Source: Antedon mediterranea (taxonomy: Eukaryota > Animalia > Echinodermata). Taken from it: DNA of 64,000 nt. The notes beneath the pieces are model-generated. The model did no database searches. It was not told where the DNA came from and saw only the letters and a list, made by a program, of their open reading frames with translations. Positions 61,365-64,000 of this stretch are shown here, one piece after another; the first letter of the stretch is position 1; each line of letters starts with the position of its first letter. Both the position numbers and the translations under genes were made by a program. The stretch is taken from assembly GCF_964355755.1 (NCBI RefSeq), contig NC_092671.1, forward strand, positions 16,368,001 through 16,432,000. The letters are read 5' to 3'.

Positions 61365-63489
61365 ACTACGACAACTACTATTGAAACAGTAACCGCAAAA
61401 TATGTCATTGACTTTTCCCTGTATTCATAATATCCTATTCGTAAATAATTCCAGATCCCTTAGCTGGTAACAAGGAAATGCACTAATTGGTATAGCCACT
61501 GTTCAATACATAACTAAAATTATTTGAATCTTCATGAGGTAAAGCCACACACAACCAGCTGTTTATTTTAAACGTGTACATTGTCACTTTGGCTATGATG
61601 CGTAGATTTTTAAATAAAATTTGCTCTTAATAGCAAAACCTTTGGATCCATCCATATAATCAACATCAACAGCGTGAAATGTGTGTATTTCTCCATTCTA
61701 CATAAACAGATGACGTCATATTGAGTGACTAGTTAGTGATGAAGCAATGCGGATCAAAAGAGGATGTACTTCCAATTATAAACAACCATGAATATTAACG
61801 TATTGAAATTCGAAGAAGCATTCAAAAAAATTATGCATACTTTCTATGTTTTGAAAATACCCACAATTTGATTGATAACATAGCAAACATTATTGTAGAC
61901 CTATGTTAAATTAAAAATGAATAATTAATTAAGGAAGTAAATGAACAAAAATATATATCATGGCTGCAAGTCTACACCCAAATTTAGAATAATCTTCATG
62001 CAGAGTGATATGGTGTATTTGAGAGAGCATGTGACTGAGATGTGCAGGTTCAAGTCTGTATCAGGCAAGAGACATAGGCCCTTGGTTTAACACTCCTAAT
62101 GGGCCCTCTACGAATGAACTGGGTGTGAACCTTAGTTAAATTATGGCTCCTCCCACTCTTTTGCTTTCTATTTTTTTATACAAAAATATTTCATAATAGA
62201 AATTTTGACTTTCTTTTTTGAAATTTTTGTACGTTACATTTTCTTTTTTTAAACCTTATTATGTTTCATTGTTATTATTATTGATTATGTTTCTATTTTG
62301 TCTGTGTTTGAAGGAAATTTTTTTTTTTTTTAAACTGTTCATTCTCTGGGGGCTCTCAAGCTCTGGGGCCTTGGGTTTAGCCAGTAAGTGCTCATAGTAG
62401 ACGTTATGTTACTGGCCTTCTTTGTCATATTGTCTGCATCTTTATGCAAGATGCTAAAACACTTCATTGCTTCATCCTCCGGATGGGATGTAAAGCTGTA
62501 CAGTCCATGTTAATTTCCTAAGTAAAGCATGATTATTGCATTTACATTACACTTTTATATATATATTTAACAAATGATCTAAAGAGACCCATTAAATTTT
62601 GGTTTGCAGAATAATTCTCCAATTTACACCAATTTCAGACAACAAAAAAACCATTCTGCTTTAAATAAATTTCATCATTCAAAAACAAGCTGTAGAATCC
62701 ACTAGGATATTATAATACCATTAATGTATAGATCACAGAATATATGTAACACTGTATATATAATTCTAAGGTTTGGTTAAATTTATATGAATTCAATATT
62801 TCACTTGAGATCATACTAATTGATCGCAGCAGCTTCCGTAACGTGTAAAATAACTTTAGTGCCTATGGCGAAACACAAATATCACCACAGAGATCTATTA
62901 AATTTAGATGTGACCCAGATGAACGGAATAACTATTTGATATTCTGCCATGACAATTCATGCATGTTACTTTATACTTTATTTCCAGTTGAATTGCATTG
63001 TTGATTATTGGCTAAATATAAAAAGAGCATGTGACATTTGACATGCTGTGGTTCAAAATAATCCAATAAGAAAATGCAACGACGGAACAGGAACACTTGA
63101 ATTGAAGCAATCTGAATTCCAGTGCTTAATAGCTTAATAATAATAGACATTTCGTACTGTATTTGTACACCAAAACCATTGACTCCAGGATTTTGAAATA
63201 GGGGGAGGGGTTGAGCTCCCCTTGTCTCTACCTCGAATCTGCCTACTGTATGTCATTTTTAAGAGTTATTTATTTAATTACAAAACTAAACCCTATTGAT
63301 GAGAGTCTATCACCGGTTCAATACAGTAAAACTTGTTATCTTTTATTTTTGCCTTAATTTTTTTTTGGGTATTACTATTACTGCCCATCGTTAATTTAAC
63401 ATTTTGGTTATTGTAATATTAATTATACTAATTATATCAATATACATATTATATAAATATTGAAAAAATTTCATTTAGCTTCGATTTTG

Positions 63490-63597
63490 TATAGATGACG
63501 AATTTCGTTTTTGTAAAAGCTACAAGTTAACTTGTAGCTTTTACAAAAACGAAATTTGTACTTGTAGCTTTTACAAAAACGAAATTTGTCATCTATA
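63490..63597. repeat. Palindromic foldback element with a duplicated arm
   Basis: TATAGATGACGAATTTCGTTTTTGTAAAAGCTACAAGT|TA|ACTTGTAGCTTTTACAAAAACGAAATTTGT. The right arm is present twice, ending TCATCTATA. Confidence 0.8.
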
Positions 63598-63760
63598 TAA
63601 ATATTATTGTAAAGTATCTATCTTTAAACTGTTTATATTGCTTATATGAAAATATCATTGTACAATATGGGTACTAATGAAAACCAGTATAACACAGTAT
63701 TGCAGTTAGAGCATAGAGGGCGCCATCTATAAAAAAATAACTGAAACACTTGACATTCTA

Positions 63761-63920
63761 TTGTTGTGTTGATAATACTGTACTGTCTGTTGTTGTGTTG
63801 ATAATACTGTACTGTCTGTCAGTGTTAGTCAATTGTTGTGTTGATAATACTGTACTGTCTGTCAGTGTTAGTCAATTGTTGTGTTGATAATACTGTACTG
63901 TCTGTCAGTGTTAGTCAATT
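63761..63920. repeat. ~43-bp tandem repeat
   Basis: TTGTTGTGTTGATAATACTGTACTGTCTGTCAGTGTTAGTCAA, ~3.6 copies. Confidence 0.85.
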
Positions 63921-64000
63921 TCATTTCTTAAAAAATGTATTATTAATTTAATACAACAGAGATAAATTCTACAATATTGTATTATCATAATGTAGTATAG

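Overview
AT-rich, intron-rich animal genomic DNA, not prokaryotic. The RW-amide luqin peptides point to an ambulacrarian, probably an echinoderm (inference). Four host genes can be rebuilt by hand from splice signals. Two are convergent luqin-type neuropeptide precursor paralogues: + strand 3593-5088 and - strand 23637-20319, with identical intron phases but a divergent C-terminal Cys module. The third is an 8-exon IGBP1/alpha4/TAP42 gene (29965-33137, +). The fourth is a large AGAP1/3 (centaurin-gamma) gene on the - strand (about 61.4 kb to 35722), with two candidate Arg-rich alternative first exons. An apparently intact ~7.2-kb AcademX DNA transposon (TIRs, CTA TSD, ~1619-aa spliced protein) sits in an AGAP intron. 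Other content includes nested Helentron-type HINEs carrying a tRNA-Pro fragment, many Harbinger- and Kolobok-like MITEs, a tRNA-SINE whose tail expanded into a 26-bp minisatellite, Penelope-type hammerhead remnants and a probable decayed C-type-lectin/mucin membrane-protein gene between the two luqin genes. All gene models are manual and unverified by RNA data or database search.
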